DNA from: Fidelibacterota bacterium
Lineage (GTDB): Bacteria > Fidelibacterota > Marinisomatia > Marinisomatales > UBA1611
DNA: 64,000 nt
NCBI GenBank assembly: GCA_018649625.1
Contig: JABIHN010000075.1
Coordinates: 19,798 to 83,797, forward strand
Direction of reading: 5' to 3'
Part shown: positions 39,346-50,892 of the stretch, piece after piece
Position numbering within the stretch: the stretch's first letter is position 1
Layout: every line of letters starts with the position of its first letter
Position numbers and translations under genes: made by a program
Notes under the pieces: model-generated
Database searches by the model: none
What the model was told of the DNA's origin: nothing
What the model saw: only the letters and a program-made list of their open reading frames with translations

Positions 39346-40258
39346 TGTAAATTGGCCCAACTTTTTAATTGTCGGCGCAGCAAAAGCGGGTACAACCGCT
39401 TTGTACCATCAATTAACTCAACATTCTGAAGTTTTTATGAGCGAGCAAAAAGAAATGAATTTTTTTGCATTAAAAGACCAAACTCTTGATTTTAAAGGAC
39501 CAGGGGACATGGACGGTATCCATCGCACATCAATCACAAATCAATCTATATATATATCATTTTTTTCTAATCTTAAGAATAAAAAAGCAATTGGAGAAGT
39601 ATCACCTTTATATCTCTATTCACCTATTGCACCGGAATTAATTAATTCTTTAATTCCTAATTCTAAAATTATCATTATATTAAGAAATCCTGTGGATCGT
39701 GCATTTTCAGCTTTTTCTCATTTACGACGAGATCATCGTGAAAAGATAGATGATTTTGAAAAAGCATTCGACCAAAATGATACTAGAAAAGAATTAAATT
39801 GGGCTGAAATTTGGCATTATAAATCAATGGGACTATATTTCGATCAAGTTCAACGATATTTACAATATTTTCCTAAAAATCAAATGCTATTTATCATATA
39901 TGACGATTTCGTAAATACCCCGCAGAAAGTCCTTGAAAAATTATGTACATTCCTCTCAATTAATTCAAATTTCAAATTTGATACAGAGTCTAAATATAAT
40001 AAATCAGGTACACCTCGATTTCAATCTTTTCATCAAATGTTAATTCGTCCTCATTTGTTTAAAAAAATACTAAAAAACTTTTTACCCAAATTTATTAGAA
40101 CTCATATTCGAGAATCACTTTTAAACTTAAATCTAAAAAAAAACAAATCTCTTACTTCAGCTCAATTTGATTCAATTTATCCTGCTTTCAAAGATGATAT
40201 TGAAAAACTAGAACGATTGTTAAACCTGGATCTATCACAATGGAAGAGTTTTGAATAA
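39338..40258 (+). CDS. PAPS-dependent sulfotransferase
   Basis: 306 aa with the 5'-PSB loop FLIVGAAKAGTTALY and 3'-PB motif ILRNPVDRAFSAFSH. Confidence 0.8.
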   Translation: MSNVNWPNFLIVGAAKAGTTALYHQLTQHSEVFMSEQKEMNFFALKDQTLDFKGPGDMDGIHRTSITNQSIYISFFSNLKNKKAIGEVSPLYLYSPIAPELINSLIPNSKIIIILRNPVDRAFSAFSHLRRDHREKIDDFEKAFDQNDTRKELNWAEIWHYKSMGLYFDQVQRYLQYFPKNQMLFIIYDDFVNTPQKVLEKLCTFLSINSNFKFDTESKYNKSGTPRFQSFHQMLIRPHLFKKILKNFLPKFIRTHIRESLLNLNLKKNKSLTSAQFDSIYPAFKDDIEKLERLLNLDLSQWKSFE

Positions 40259-40922
40259 ATCAATACCTACATTTAGAGATTTTTGGAATAAAAATTATGC
40301 CGTGAGTTGTTTTCCTCCCACATGGTATATCTTTCAACGATTAGGAGCAATCCTGGCTTTTACAGGATTCCGTTTTGGAATTTCGCCCAATGGAATGACC
40401 GCCTTAGGAGGTGTATTAGGATTCATTACTATTTGGTTATTTGGCACTTTACCAAATGATAATATATCGTCAATACAATTAGCAATCATGTTTGCTATAG
40501 TTTATTCATTTGATTGTTCAGATGGTCAATTAGCTCGTGCCACTGGAAAAACTTCCGACTGGGGAAAATGGTTTGACTTAACAATCGATTTATTACTTAT
40601 TATTCTTTTTCCATTAGGTATTGTATTTTTTCTCCATGGTATTTTTTCCGTTCTTCAACTGAGTGGACTTATACTAATCTTAACTTTTGGACGTGCTTTA
40701 GCATTGTTAACATCAGCCATTAAACGTACAGATGGAGAGAACCATACCCCTAGCAATTCTATTCTTAAAAAGGTATTTCAATCCATAGTAGATACACCTA
40801 CTTTTTATGTGATTCTTTGTTTATTTCGAGTCCAACCCGATTGGTTATTTTACACTAGCATGGCGTATGGATTATTATTTGTATTTGTTGGTATTTATTT
40901 TTCTAAATCATTCATCAAATGA
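40251..40922 (+). CDS. CDP-alcohol phosphatidyltransferase family membrane protein
   Basis: 223 aa, 5-6 TM segments, with the full signature D-CS-DG-QL-AR-ATGKTSDW-G-KWF-D-LTI-D (DxxDGxxARx8Gx3Dx3D). Confidence 0.78.
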   Translation: MNKSIPTFRDFWNKNYAVSCFPPTWYIFQRLGAILAFTGFRFGISPNGMTALGGVLGFITIWLFGTLPNDNISSIQLAIMFAIVYSFDCSDGQLARATGKTSDWGKWFDLTIDLLLIILFPLGIVFFLHGIFSVLQLSGLILILTFGRALALLTSAIKRTDGENHTPSNSILKKVFQSIVDTPTFYVILCLFRVQPDWLFYTSMAYGLLFVFVGIYFSKSFIK

Positions 40923-42157
40923 AAAAAATAAATAACTCTATTTCAAAATTAGCCTTGTTACGGTCTCTAGTTATTCTATCTCTTTTTGGAATGCCTGGAA
41001 TAGTACAATTTGATACATCAGGTATTACACATACCTATGGAATCTTCAATCTTCAATCTTTTTCTAGAATGACTGTTTATATTGCCATAGGAATCATAGT
41101 ATTCCTCTTTTTTGTTGGAATTAAAAAATTAAAAATCAATAAAAACAATTTTTCTTACTTTTCTTTTCCTATTCTCTATTATTCTATTGCTCTAATTATT
41201 TCAATCCCCATGTTGAAAGGAACGGAATTTCTATTATCAAGCTATTTTATATTTGAATGGCTGACGTTTTTAATTTTATTCTATCTCTATGTTATGGAAC
41301 ACCCCAATTTTTCAATTTCAATAGTGATTAAAGATATCATTTTAGTGATTTGGTTAAAAATAAGTACTCTTTTATTAATCATTCCTATTTTACCCACTTT
41401 GGGAATATTCTTTGATCCCGTACTTGGAGTAATGCGCCTAGGCGGTTATTTCATTGGGCCAAACGTTTTGGCTACCTTGGCAGCCTTACTAGCATCATAC
41501 TATTATTTCTTTTATGATGGTCCATCCTATAAAAAATATAGTATTTTTATTTTTGCAGTTTTAATAATTATTGCAACCAATTCAAGAGGAGCACTTCTAA
41601 GCTTTATTGTGGCATTTTCTTTTTCTCTTATTGGGTCAAAAAAAGGATTAAATCATCTCATCCTATTTTATTTTGGTGGGGTTGTAATATCCGTCATATT
41701 AACCTATGCAGATTATCTTATGCGAGGTTTAGATATATCAAATTTAATCACATTGTCAGAACGCGTCCCTCTTTGGGGTAAATATGCTCTTGAATTTCCT
41801 CGGAGTCCTATTATTGGATTTGGCTATATTTCAGGTGTGAAAAACTTAAGTCTTATTATTCCAAAAATACATTGGATTGCTCCCCATGCTCATAACGATT
41901 TTATTCAATCTTTTATGTCTGGTGGAGTAATAATGGGACTATTTACGATTGGAGTTTATTGGTCATTATTTAGAAAATGTTACCAATCTTTTTTACCAAC
42001 TAATTTAAATCTCCTTATGAAAAACTGGTTTATTATTTTATTTGGATACGCCATGCTAACCCCCATCATTAATTGGAAACTTTTTGCTGTTTCAGGTATA
42101 TTTTGGATGTTATTTATCTCATTAAAAATTGAATATGAAAATATTATTTGTACATAA
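40919..42157 (+). CDS. wzy: Wzy-type polymerase / O-antigen ligase-like membrane protein
   Basis: 412 aa with at least 10 TM segments, an NSRGALLSF motif and an HAHNDF loop typical of the Wzy_C/O-antigen ligase family. Confidence 0.7.
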   Translation: MKKINNSISKLALLRSLVILSLFGMPGIVQFDTSGITHTYGIFNLQSFSRMTVYIAIGIIVFLFFVGIKKLKINKNNFSYFSFPILYYSIALIISIPMLKGTEFLLSSYFIFEWLTFLILFYLYVMEHPNFSISIVIKDIILVIWLKISTLLLIIPILPTLGIFFDPVLGVMRLGGYFIGPNVLATLAALLASYYYFFYDGPSYKKYSIFIFAVLIIIATNSRGALLSFIVAFSFSLIGSKKGLNHLILFYFGGVVISVILTYADYLMRGLDISNLITLSERVPLWGKYALEFPRSPIIGFGYISGVKNLSLIIPKIHWIAPHAHNDFIQSFMSGGVIMGLFTIGVYWSLFRKCYQSFLPTNLNLLMKNWFIILFGYAMLTPIINWKLFAVSGIFWMLFISLKIEYENIICT

Positions 42158-43304
42158 TTATTATAAATTTTCTGGTGGAGAAGATCAGGTATTTATTGCT
42201 GAAATGAATCTAATGAAAACACATGGTCACGAAGTGTATTCATATTCAGTAAATAATGATAAAATCAATTCAGTTTTTGCTAAAATACACACCGCTGTTA
42301 ACTTAGCATATTCCACTAAGAGCAAAAACGAATTTTCCAAAATATTAAATGAATTCAATCCAGATATAGTGCATTGTCATAACTTTTTTCCACGCCTAAC
42401 ACCATCAATATTCGATGCCTGTATAGAAGCAAAAATCCCTTCAGTTTTAACACTCCATAATTATCGATTGGTTTGCCCAAGTGTATATTTAATGAAAAAT
42501 AATAAACCATGGGAATTATCAATTCATAAAAATCCATATTACACCATTCCTTTTAAAGTTTATAAAAATTCTTATTTTGGCACAGCAACAATAGCCTATA
42601 TGATTAATTATCATAAAAGAAAGAATACTTGGGGGAAAAAAATAGATAAAATTATTAGTTTGACTATGTTTGGAAAAAATAAATTTATTGAAGCTGGATT
42701 TTCACCTAATAACATGGTAACAAAACCAAATTTTATTTCAGATCCATATAATAAACATTATCATCGCGAAAAATTCGCTTTATTTATTGGCCGGATATCA
42801 TCTGAAAAAGGGATAAATTTTCTTTTAGATGCATGGGAGAATATTGATTTTTCTCTCAAAATTGTAGGCGATGGTCCTTTGTTGGAAAAACTATCCAAAA
42901 CTAATAAAAATATTCATTTCTTAGGCAAAATCCCAAATGAATCAGTCAAGGTGCTTCTACAACAAGCTCAGTTTTTAGTCTTTCCGTCCCAATGGTATGA
43001 AGGGTTCCCTATGGTATTAGTAGAAGCATTAGCTTGCGGAACACCAGCACTCGTCACAAAGATTGGGTCTATGAAAGAAATTATAAAAGATGAAGTCCAT
43101 GGTTTACATTTTGAATTAGGAAATAAAAAACAATTTATTGAAAAATCAACCCGATTGATTCAAAATAAAACTTTCTGTGAAACTATGGGTAAAAATGGAC
43201 GAAAAGAGTATTTGGAAAAATATACTCCTGAAGTCAATTACAAATTGCTTAATTCAATTTACCAAGATGCAATTTCAAATTACACCAAACATACATTTTC
43301 TTAG
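42135..43304 (+). CDS. Glycosyltransferase family 4
   Basis: About 389 aa from the ATG at 42135 (the ORF-track TTG is at 42129), with FIGRISSEKG and EGFPMVLVEALACGTPALVT. Confidence 0.85.
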   Translation: MKILFVHNYYKFSGGEDQVFIAEMNLMKTHGHEVYSYSVNNDKINSVFAKIHTAVNLAYSTKSKNEFSKILNEFNPDIVHCHNFFPRLTPSIFDACIEAKIPSVLTLHNYRLVCPSVYLMKNNKPWELSIHKNPYYTIPFKVYKNSYFGTATIAYMINYHKRKNTWGKKIDKIISLTMFGKNKFIEAGFSPNNMVTKPNFISDPYNKHYHREKFALFIGRISSEKGINFLLDAWENIDFSLKIVGDGPLLEKLSKTNKNIHFLGKIPNESVKVLLQQAQFLVFPSQWYEGFPMVLVEALACGTPALVTKIGSMKEIIKDEVHGLHFELGNKKQFIEKSTRLIQNKTFCETMGKNGRKEYLEKYTPEVNYKLLNSIYQDAISNYTKHTFS

Positions 43305-43342
43305 TGAATGAAAATGATAAATATCTTAATAAACAATTATAA

Positions 43343-44098
43343 ATGAAAACTATCGTTAAATATCAATTATTTGGAGTGGATTATTCAATCGTTGATTATA
43401 ATCTCGCATCGGATATTATCATTAATAATGCCGTAAAAAACAATAGTTTTGGCGTTTCTGCACTTGCAACTCATGGGTTAATTACAAGTGTGGAAAACCA
43501 AAGTTTTAATAAACAATTAAAATCAATAGATTTAATTGTTCCTGATGGACAGCCAATTCGATGGGCACTCAACAGTTTGTATAATACAAACCTAATAGAC
43601 CGAGTTTATGGGCCTACCTTAACATTGTTTGTATTAGAAAAGGCAGAAAAACTAAATTTGAATGTTTTTCTATTTGGCAGCACAAAGAATACATTAGAAA
43701 AATTTAAAAAATTTATTCAACTTAATTACCCCGGAATTTATATTTCAGGGGTGCATGTAGATCGATTTCGAGAAGCAACGTCAAATGAAGATATAAAAGA
43801 TATAAAAAAAATTAATGAATCTAATGCGCATATCGTATTAGTTGGTCGAGGGTGCCCACGCCAAGAGAAATGGGTTTCTGATCATTTAGGTAAGATTAAT
43901 AGTGTTATGATGGCGGTTGGAGCTGCTTTCGACTTTCATGCAGGGACTGTAAAACAAGCACCAGCTTGGATGCAAAATAATGGCTTAGAATGGTTATTTA
44001 GGTTAATTCAAGAACCGAAACGTTTATGGAAAAGATATTTTTATACAAACTCATATTTTATTTATCTTTTTATTAAACAAAAAATATTTAAAAAATAA
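43343..44098 (+). CDS. WecG/TagA/CpsF-family glycosyltransferase (GT26)
   Basis: 251 aa with VPDGQPIRWA, FLFGS, VGRGCPRQEKW and GLEWLFRL. Confidence 0.85.
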   Translation: MKTIVKYQLFGVDYSIVDYNLASDIIINNAVKNNSFGVSALATHGLITSVENQSFNKQLKSIDLIVPDGQPIRWALNSLYNTNLIDRVYGPTLTLFVLEKAEKLNLNVFLFGSTKNTLEKFKKFIQLNYPGIYISGVHVDRFREATSNEDIKDIKKINESNAHIVLVGRGCPRQEKWVSDHLGKINSVMMAVGAAFDFHAGTVKQAPAWMQNNGLEWLFRLIQEPKRLWKRYFYTNSYFIYLFIKQKIFKK

Positions 44099-44110
44099 TG
44101 AAGGAATCAA

Positions 44111-45175
44111 ATGAATAAGATTGTTGTCAGTGGATCAAATGGACTGATTGGCGGAGAAGTTGTAAGCTATTTTTCAGAAAGAGGAATGGCAGTTTTTGGT
44201 ATCGATAATAATATGAGAGCTGATTTTTTTGGCCCCGCAGGAGATACAACTTGGAATAAAAATAGATTACAAAAAATGCATGAAAATTATATACCCAATA
44301 AAATTGATATAAGAGACCGTGAAGCCATTATAAAATTTATAAGTAAGTTAAAACCAGATGCAGTCATACATACAGCTGCACAACCTAGTCATGATTTGGC
44401 TGCAACGCGCCCATTTGATGATTTCGATGTAAATTGTGTTGGAACTATGAACTTATTAGAATCGACAAGGCAATGTTCTACATCAATCCCTTTTGTGCAT
44501 ATGTCAACGAATAAAGTTTATGGAGATGCACCAAATAATTTATCATTAGTTGAAAATAAAACGCGGTGGGATTATTCAGATGAAAAATATTATAATGGAA
44601 TTAACGAACAATTTTCAATTGACCATTCAACCCATTCAATATTTGGAGCATCAAAAGTTGGTGCTGATATTATGGTTCAAGAATATGGAAAATATTTTGG
44701 AATGCCTACATGCAGTTTAAGAGGAGGATGTCTAACTGGGCCAACCCATGGTGGTGTAGAATTACATGGATTTCTAAGCTACCTAATTAAATGTAATATA
44801 ATTAATAAGAAATACATTATTTTTGGGTATAAAGGAAAACAAGTTAGAGATAATATTCATTCATATGATGTGGCTAATTTTATTCATGAATACATTATGA
44901 ACCCAAAACCCGGTGAAGTTTATAACCTCGGTGGTGGAAGAGGTAATTCTATTTCAATATTAGAAGCATTTGAAATGATTGAAAATATTTCAGGTCAGAA
45001 AATGCAATATGAATATAATGATGAAAATAGAGTCGGAGATCATATTTGCTATATCTCTGATTTAAGAAAAATGAAATCTCATTACCCTAATTGGGGTATA
45101 ACTAAAGATTTAAAACAAATATTTCAGGAAGTTTATCAAGGATGGATGGAAAGATTAAAAACCGAAACTGAATAA
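44111..45175 (+). CDS. NAD-dependent sugar-nucleotide epimerase/dehydratase (extended SDR, CDP-paratose-2-epimerase-like)
   Basis: 354 aa with [28 protein letters not shown] (YxxxK replaced by a G-A-S-K context) and GKQVRDNIH. Substrate unknown. Confidence 0.65.
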   Translation: MNKIVVSGSNGLIGGEVVSYFSERGMAVFGIDNNMRADFFGPAGDTTWNKNRLQKMHENYIPNKIDIRDREAIIKFISKLKPDAVIHTAAQPSHDLAATRPFDDFDVNCVGTMNLLESTRQCSTSIPFVHMSTNKVYGDAPNNLSLVENKTRWDYSDEKYYNGINEQFSIDHSTHSIFGASKVGADIMVQEYGKYFGMPTCSLRGGCLTGPTHGGVELHGFLSYLIKCNIINKKYIIFGYKGKQVRDNIHSYDVANFIHEYIMNPKPGEVYNLGGGRGNSISILEAFEMIENISGQKMQYEYNDENRVGDHICYISDLRKMKSHYPNWGITKDLKQIFQEVYQGWMERLKTETE

Positions 45176-45224
45176 AACAAATTTAATAAACATTAACAAT
45201 ACACCTTAAGAGATTATAAATACA

Positions 45225-46172
45225 ATGAAACAAAAAATATTAATTACTGGAGGAGCTGGGTTTATCGGCTCTCACCTATGTGAAAGACTATTAACAGAAG
45301 GACATAATGTTCTTTGTGTTGATAATTATTTCACAGGCTCAAAATCTAACATTGCACATTTATTGGATAACTATCAATTTGAAGTTATGCGTCACGATGT
45401 AACTTTTCCTCTTTATGTAGAAGTCAACCAAATATTCAATATGGCTTGCCCTGCTTCCCCCATTCATTATCAATACGATCCAGTTCAAACTACTAAGACT
45501 AGTGTTCATGGGGCTATCAATATGCTTGGTCTGGCAAAACGAGTTAACGCTCGAATTTTCCAAGCATCTACCAGTGAAGTATATGGCGACCCTACGCAAC
45601 ATCCACAAAAAGAAGCTTATTGGGGAAATGTCAATCCAATTGGACCACGTAGTTGCTATGATGAAGGAAAACGTTGCGCTGAAACTTTATTCTTCGATTA
45701 TTTTCGTCAGCATGATTTAGATATAAAAGTTGGTCGCATATTTAATACTTATGGTCCAAGAATGCGTCCAGATGACGGACGAGTTATTTCTAATTTTATT
45801 GTTCAAGCTTTGACTGGAAAAGATATTACCGTTTATGGGAAAGGAGATCAAACTCGATCATTTTGCTACGTTGATGATTTAGTAGAAGGTATTTTAAAAT
45901 TCATGGCAACAGAAAAAGGTTTTACTGGACCTATGAATCTTGGTAATCCTATTGAGTACTCAATATTAGAAATTGCCGAAATAATCATTGACCAGGTGGG
46001 AAGTGAATCTAAAATTATATTTGAATCACTACCAGAAGACGATCCAAAACAAAGACAACCTGATATTTCAAATGCAAAATCTAATCTTCAATGGGAACCC
46101 AAAACTCAATTAAAAGAAGGGTTAGATAAAACAATTAGATATTTTGATCAAATACTTTCAAATGAAGCCTAA
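45225..46172 (+). CDS. UDP-glucuronate decarboxylase (UDP-xylose synthase)
   Basis: 315 aa with [66 protein letters not shown] and PKQRQPDIS. Confidence 0.88.
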   Translation: MKQKILITGGAGFIGSHLCERLLTEGHNVLCVDNYFTGSKSNIAHLLDNYQFEVMRHDVTFPLYVEVNQIFNMACPASPIHYQYDPVQTTKTSVHGAINMLGLAKRVNARIFQASTSEVYGDPTQHPQKEAYWGNVNPIGPRSCYDEGKRCAETLFFDYFRQHDLDIKVGRIFNTYGPRMRPDDGRVISNFIVQALTGKDITVYGKGDQTRSFCYVDDLVEGILKFMATEKGFTGPMNLGNPIEYSILEIAEIIIDQVGSESKIIFESLPEDDPKQRQPDISNAKSNLQWEPKTQLKEGLDKTIRYFDQILSNEA

Positions 46173-46231
46173 AATTGAATCAATAAAACAAATTACTTGA
46201 ATTCTGATTTTCAAATGCACAAACAATAATT

Positions 46232-47614
46232 ATGAGTAAAGCAACAAAATCAAAAACTGTGAATTGGTTTTTAACAATTTTTGCTGATAGCCTATCATTT
46301 TGGGGTGTTTTTTCATTTTGTATCATGTTATACAATACTGGATTATTTGGATATGCAAGATCTGTATTTGATGTATCTTCAATGGAAGTCTTTCTTGCCT
46401 ATTTGCTTTTTATTTACGTGTTATACAATAATGGTGCCTATAGAAGAAAACGGGATTTTGCAGGTATTCAACGTTTAAAAAGTGTTATCAAAGGAATACT
46501 CCAAGCAGTTGTCATTTATATTGTATTAGCCTATACTGTTAAATACCAAATCCCAAGAATCATTTCCATCACCTTCATTATTACAATTCCCATAATTGTA
46601 ATTTTTTCCCGAATTCTTGTTCAATTAATTGAAGCTAAACTATTTCATCACCTGAATCAAGAAAATGTATTAGTCTATGGAGCAGGAAAAGTAGGTACAG
46701 CCTTTGTTGCAGCGGTAAAAAAGCTATCCAATGCACCATTAAACATCATTGGTTTTGTCGATGATAGAATTTCATCTGGTAATTTAGTTGGAAATCCGAT
46801 ACCTATCTTGGGTGGCTTAGAAAATGTAGAGTCCATAATTCACCAATATCAAATTGATCATATTATCGTTGCAATAAAAGACCCAAAACCTGAAATAAAT
46901 AATTCATTATTAGACATATCAAACCGACACAATATTGCTATGAGTTTTCATCCTACGCAAAAACTTTTCGAAAATAATCCCTATAAATTGAAAGATGTAG
47001 CCGGCCTTCCTCTATTATCTACAACGCAACAAACAATTGACCCGAAACCATTTTATGATTTAATGAAACGTATTTTTGATTTTTCATTTTCATTATTAGG
47101 ATTAACTTTTACTTTTCCACTTTGGTTGGTCATTGGATTTATTATTAAAATTAACAGTAGCGGGCCTATCCTTTTTAGCCAAACAAGAATAGGATTAAAT
47201 GGAAAACCATTTAAAATATTTAAATTCAGAACGATGAAAACTGATTCTGAAAAATATGCACATTGTCCTACAGATAAGGATGATAAACGAATTACTCCAT
47301 TTGGGCGGTGGTTGCGAAAATTAAGTTTAGATGAAATTCCGCAATTAATAAATGTAATAAAAGGTGAAATGAGTTTAGTTGGGCCACGACCTGAAATGCC
47401 ATTTATTGTAGATACTTATGAAACGTATGAGAAAAAAAGATTATCTGTTATTCCAGGTATTACTGGTCTTTGGCAAGTAAGTCCTGCAAGGAATGCGGAA
47501 ATTCATGACAACCCCGAATATGATTTACTTTATATTGAACATCGAGATTTAAGTCTCGACATACTTATTCTAATTTTAACAATCGTATTTGTATTTCGCT
47601 CATTTACAAATTAA
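46232..47614 (+). CDS. Polyprenyl-phosphate glycosylphosphotransferase (WbaP/EpsB-type priming enzyme)
   Basis: 460 aa: N-terminal TM block, central Rossmann-like region and C-terminal Bac_transf domain (KRIFD, FKIFKFRTM, DEIPQLINV, SLVGPRPE). Confidence 0.88.
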   Translation: MSKATKSKTVNWFLTIFADSLSFWGVFSFCIMLYNTGLFGYARSVFDVSSMEVFLAYLLFIYVLYNNGAYRRKRDFAGIQRLKSVIKGILQAVVIYIVLAYTVKYQIPRIISITFIITIPIIVIFSRILVQLIEAKLFHHLNQENVLVYGAGKVGTAFVAAVKKLSNAPLNIIGFVDDRISSGNLVGNPIPILGGLENVESIIHQYQIDHIIVAIKDPKPEINNSLLDISNRHNIAMSFHPTQKLFENNPYKLKDVAGLPLLSTTQQTIDPKPFYDLMKRIFDFSFSLLGLTFTFPLWLVIGFIIKINSSGPILFSQTRIGLNGKPFKIFKFRTMKTDSEKYAHCPTDKDDKRITPFGRWLRKLSLDEIPQLINVIKGEMSLVGPRPEMPFIVDTYETYEKKRLSVIPGITGLWQVSPARNAEIHDNPEYDLLYIEHRDLSLDILILILTIVFVFRSFTN

Positions 47615-47618
47615 CAAA

Positions 47619-48977
47619 ATGAAATATATATTTTTATTTTTTGGGATTATTCACTTATTACTTGGAGATAATTTACCTCTAACCTTCGAGCCTCGAATCT
47701 CAACAAATTATTATTCATCTGGATCTATTTATCATTTTAATAAATCAGGGCAAACATCTATTACCACTCTAGGGTTGGGTGCTCGAAAAACTGAAGGAGC
47801 ATTTTCGATTACGGGGTTATTTCAATTTACATCTGCGCATAACTTATCCTATAAATCAACTTTCTTTAATCCCGATTTAAATATTGAAATGAATAGAGAT
47901 TATATCGAAACTGATAATACTTGGTTTGAATCATCAAATTTAAAAATTGCATACAAAACAAATTCTTTTTTAGCATCATTTGGAAAATACAATCAATCTT
48001 GGGGACATGGTAAATCATCTCTTGTTCTCTCCGATAATATACCTAGCTATCCTCAAGCGGGTTTTTCTTGGAGGATGTCCAATGCATTGACTCTAGAATA
48101 TTTAATTGGGTCTCTTTCAAGCCAAATGATTGATTCTAGCTCAAATCTACTTTATGATAATGTAGGATCACGTAACACATACTATTCTCGTTCCATTGCA
48201 GCACATCGTATTGTTTGGACTCCATCTCCATCGATTACATTTTCTGCTATGGAAACTGTTATTTTTGGTCATAGAGCAATTGATGTTCACTACCTCATGC
48301 CTTTCATCCCATTTTGGTCCATGCAACATTACACCGGCGATATTGATAACATACAGATGTGCGGTGAAATCATTTGGCACTTTAAAAAAGATATAGACCT
48401 TTATGGATCTCTTTTTATTGATGAATGGCGGCCTGAGTGGACCTTAGATGAAAAAAACAGAAATTGGTTCGGATATCAACTTGGTATTGTTGGGCACAAT
48501 ATTCTAAACAATAATGATTTAATCAGGATAGAGTATAACTGGACTGATCATCGAATCTACAAACATCGTTTTCCAATTAATGATTCATATTCCTATGATT
48601 ATTCAATTGGGTTTTGGGCTGGCCCTCATGCAGAAGAACTCTATCTATCTTACAAATTTAATATAAAAGAATTTAATATATTGGCTAATATATCAAATGT
48701 GAAACGCGGAGAGTATTCTTCTCAAATGTTAGAAGATCAATATAATAATATTCTAAACGAAAGATTCTCAGGAAATACAGAAAAGAGATTATTTGCAAAT
48801 ATCATTGGTGAAAAACCATTTTTATCTAACAAAATAAATTTAAAACTTGGTGTTCAATGGATTGACTGGGAAAACCCAGGATTTAATCCTTTAATTCCCA
48901 ATAATAATTTAAAAGAAATTCAAAAATTCTCTTTTTATTTTGGTGTGTCAGGTAAAACTGACATCACTTTTGATTAG
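47619..48977 (+). CDS. Putative outer-membrane beta-barrel protein of unknown function (possibly Wzi-like capsule assembly protein)
   Basis: About 452 aa from the ATG at 47619 ([16 protein letters not shown] signal). Alternating aromatic/polar strands rich in Y/W/N/S and a C-terminal ...DITFD. The family call is weak. Confidence 0.4.
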   Translation: MKYIFLFFGIIHLLLGDNLPLTFEPRISTNYYSSGSIYHFNKSGQTSITTLGLGARKTEGAFSITGLFQFTSAHNLSYKSTFFNPDLNIEMNRDYIETDNTWFESSNLKIAYKTNSFLASFGKYNQSWGHGKSSLVLSDNIPSYPQAGFSWRMSNALTLEYLIGSLSSQMIDSSSNLLYDNVGSRNTYYSRSIAAHRIVWTPSPSITFSAMETVIFGHRAIDVHYLMPFIPFWSMQHYTGDIDNIQMCGEIIWHFKKDIDLYGSLFIDEWRPEWTLDEKNRNWFGYQLGIVGHNILNNNDLIRIEYNWTDHRIYKHRFPINDSYSYDYSIGFWAGPHAEELYLSYKFNIKEFNILANISNVKRGEYSSQMLEDQYNNILNERFSGNTEKRLFANIIGEKPFLSNKINLKLGVQWIDWENPGFNPLIPNNNLKEIQKFSFYFGVSGKTDITFD

Positions 48978-49843
48978 GTTAATAAATCTTTTAAATAATT
49001 CCCATATTCATTCCGATATCCATTAGCCAAATGTTCAAGATCTTCCTGGCTAATAAATCCCTTACCGTAAGCAATCTCTTCAAGACAAGCCACTTTTAGT
49101 CCTTGACGATCTTCAATCGTTTTTATGAAATTGGATGCATTGTTCATAGCTTCTTGAGTACCTGTATCCAACCAAGCATACCCACGTCCCATCAATTCTA
49201 CGCTTAAGCGATTTTGATTAAGATAGGACTGATTAACACTAGTAATCTCTAATTCTCCACGTGCAGATGGTTTCACATTTTTAGCAATTTCAATCACATC
49301 ATTTGGATAATAATACAATCCGACTACAGCATATTTTGATTTTGGATTATTAGGCTTTTCTTCAATACTAGTGGCGTTTCCAGAATCGTCAAACCCAACT
49401 ACACCATAACGTTCAGGATCTTTTACTCCATATCCAAATACAACTGCCTTGTTATTATTTGTTACGTGTTTAACACTATTTTCTAATAGACCAACTAAAC
49501 CATGTCCAAAGAAAATATTATCGCCCAAAATAAGCGTGACAGAATCTTTTCCAATAAAATTTTCTCCAAGTATAAATGCTTGCGCTAATCCGTCGGGTGA
49601 CGGTTGAACTGTATATGAAAGATTTAGTCCAAGATGATTTCCGTTGCCGAATAATTGCTTAAAACGTGGAGTATCTTCTGGTGTTGAAATAATTAAAATA
49701 TCCCTAATTCCTGATAGCATTAAGGTTGATAATGGATAATAAATCATCGGTTTATCAAAAATAGGTAATAATTGTTTAGAAACAACTTTTGTGGTAGGAT
49801 AAAGGCGTGTTCCACTCCCGCCGGCTAAAATAATTCCTTTCAT
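48974..49843 (-). CDS. rfbA: Glucose-1-phosphate thymidylyltransferase
   Basis: 289 aa with [34 protein letters not shown] and GLAQAF. Confidence 0.95.
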   Translation of the reverse strand: MKGIILAGGSGTRLYPTTKVVSKQLLPIFDKPMIYYPLSTLMLSGIRDILIISTPEDTPRFKQLFGNGNHLGLNLSYTVQPSPDGLAQAFILGENFIGKDSVTLILGDNIFFGHGLVGLLENSVKHVTNNNKAVVFGYGVKDPERYGVVGFDDSGNATSIEEKPNNPKSKYAVVGLYYYPNDVIEIAKNVKPSARGELEITSVNQSYLNQNRLSVELMGRGYAWLDTGTQEAMNNASNFIKTIEDRQGLKVACLEEIAYGKGFISQEDLEHLANGYRNEYGNYLKDLLT

Positions 49844-50892
49844 GATTCTATCACTCCTAATCGCTCTTGCTGATATGTATTATCTTGAATTGCCTTCCAC
49901 CAAGATTCATGATCTAAATACCATTGAATTGTTTTTCGAATTCCTGTTTCAAATGATTCATTTGGCGTCCAATTTAATTCTTTTTTTATTTTATTTGCAT
50001 CGATAGCGTATCGGAAATCGTGCCCTGGGCGATCTGTTACATATGATATTTGATTTGAATATTGAGTCCCATCTTTTTTTGGCGAAATCTCATCTAAAAT
50101 TGAGCATATTATAGTAACTACATCAATATTTTTTATCTCATTATTTCCACCAACATTATATGTTTCCCCTATCGTTCCAGATGTTAGCACGGTATGAATT
50201 GCTTCACAATGATCCCTTACATAAAGCCAATCTCTAACATTTTCACCCTTACCATAAATCGGTAGAGTTTTCCCATGAAGACAATTAATGATCATTAAGG
50301 GAACTAATTTTTCGGGAAATTGATAAGAGCCATAATTATTTGAACAGTTTGTAATTAATGTGGGTAATTCAAATGTCCTATTCCATGCACGAACTAAATG
50401 ATCCGATCCGGCCTTAGATGCCGAATAGGGTGAACTGGGATCATACGCAGTTGTTTCCATAAATTTCCCTTCGTCGCCTAATGAACCATAAACTTCATCA
50501 GTCGAAACATGAAGGAATCGAAAATTATCATTATTTGTTTTTTTAAATAATGCTCTAGAATGCTCCAGTAAATTGAGTGTACCCACAATATTTGTTTGAA
50601 TAAACTCGGTAGGTCCATCAATAGATCTATCCACATGACTTTCAGCTGCAAAATGAACTACCGCTTCAAATTGGTATGACTCAAAAAGAGTTTTTAATAA
50701 TTCTGAATCACATATATCACCTTTTACAAAAGTATGAAATTCTTTTGGAATTCCATTGAGATTGTTGATATTTCCAGCATAGGTCATTTTATCCAAATTG
50801 ATAATATGGATATCATTATTTTTTTTAAGAACATGATGAATGTAATTTGAGCCAATAAACCCACAGCCCCCGGTAACAAGAATATTTTTCAT
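49840..50892 (-). CDS. rfbB: dTDP-glucose 4,6-dehydratase
   Basis: 350 aa with [21 protein letters not shown] and [15 protein letters not shown]. Confidence 0.95.
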   Translation of the reverse strand: MKNILVTGGCGFIGSNYIHHVLKKNNDIHIINLDKMTYAGNINNLNGIPKEFHTFVKGDICDSELLKTLFESYQFEAVVHFAAESHVDRSIDGPTEFIQTNIVGTLNLLEHSRALFKKTNNDNFRFLHVSTDEVYGSLGDEGKFMETTAYDPSSPYSASKAGSDHLVRAWNRTFELPTLITNCSNNYGSYQFPEKLVPLMIINCLHGKTLPIYGKGENVRDWLYVRDHCEAIHTVLTSGTIGETYNVGGNNEIKNIDVVTIICSILDEISPKKDGTQYSNQISYVTDRPGHDFRYAIDANKIKKELNWTPNESFETGIRKTIQWYLDHESWWKAIQDNTYQQERLGVIES

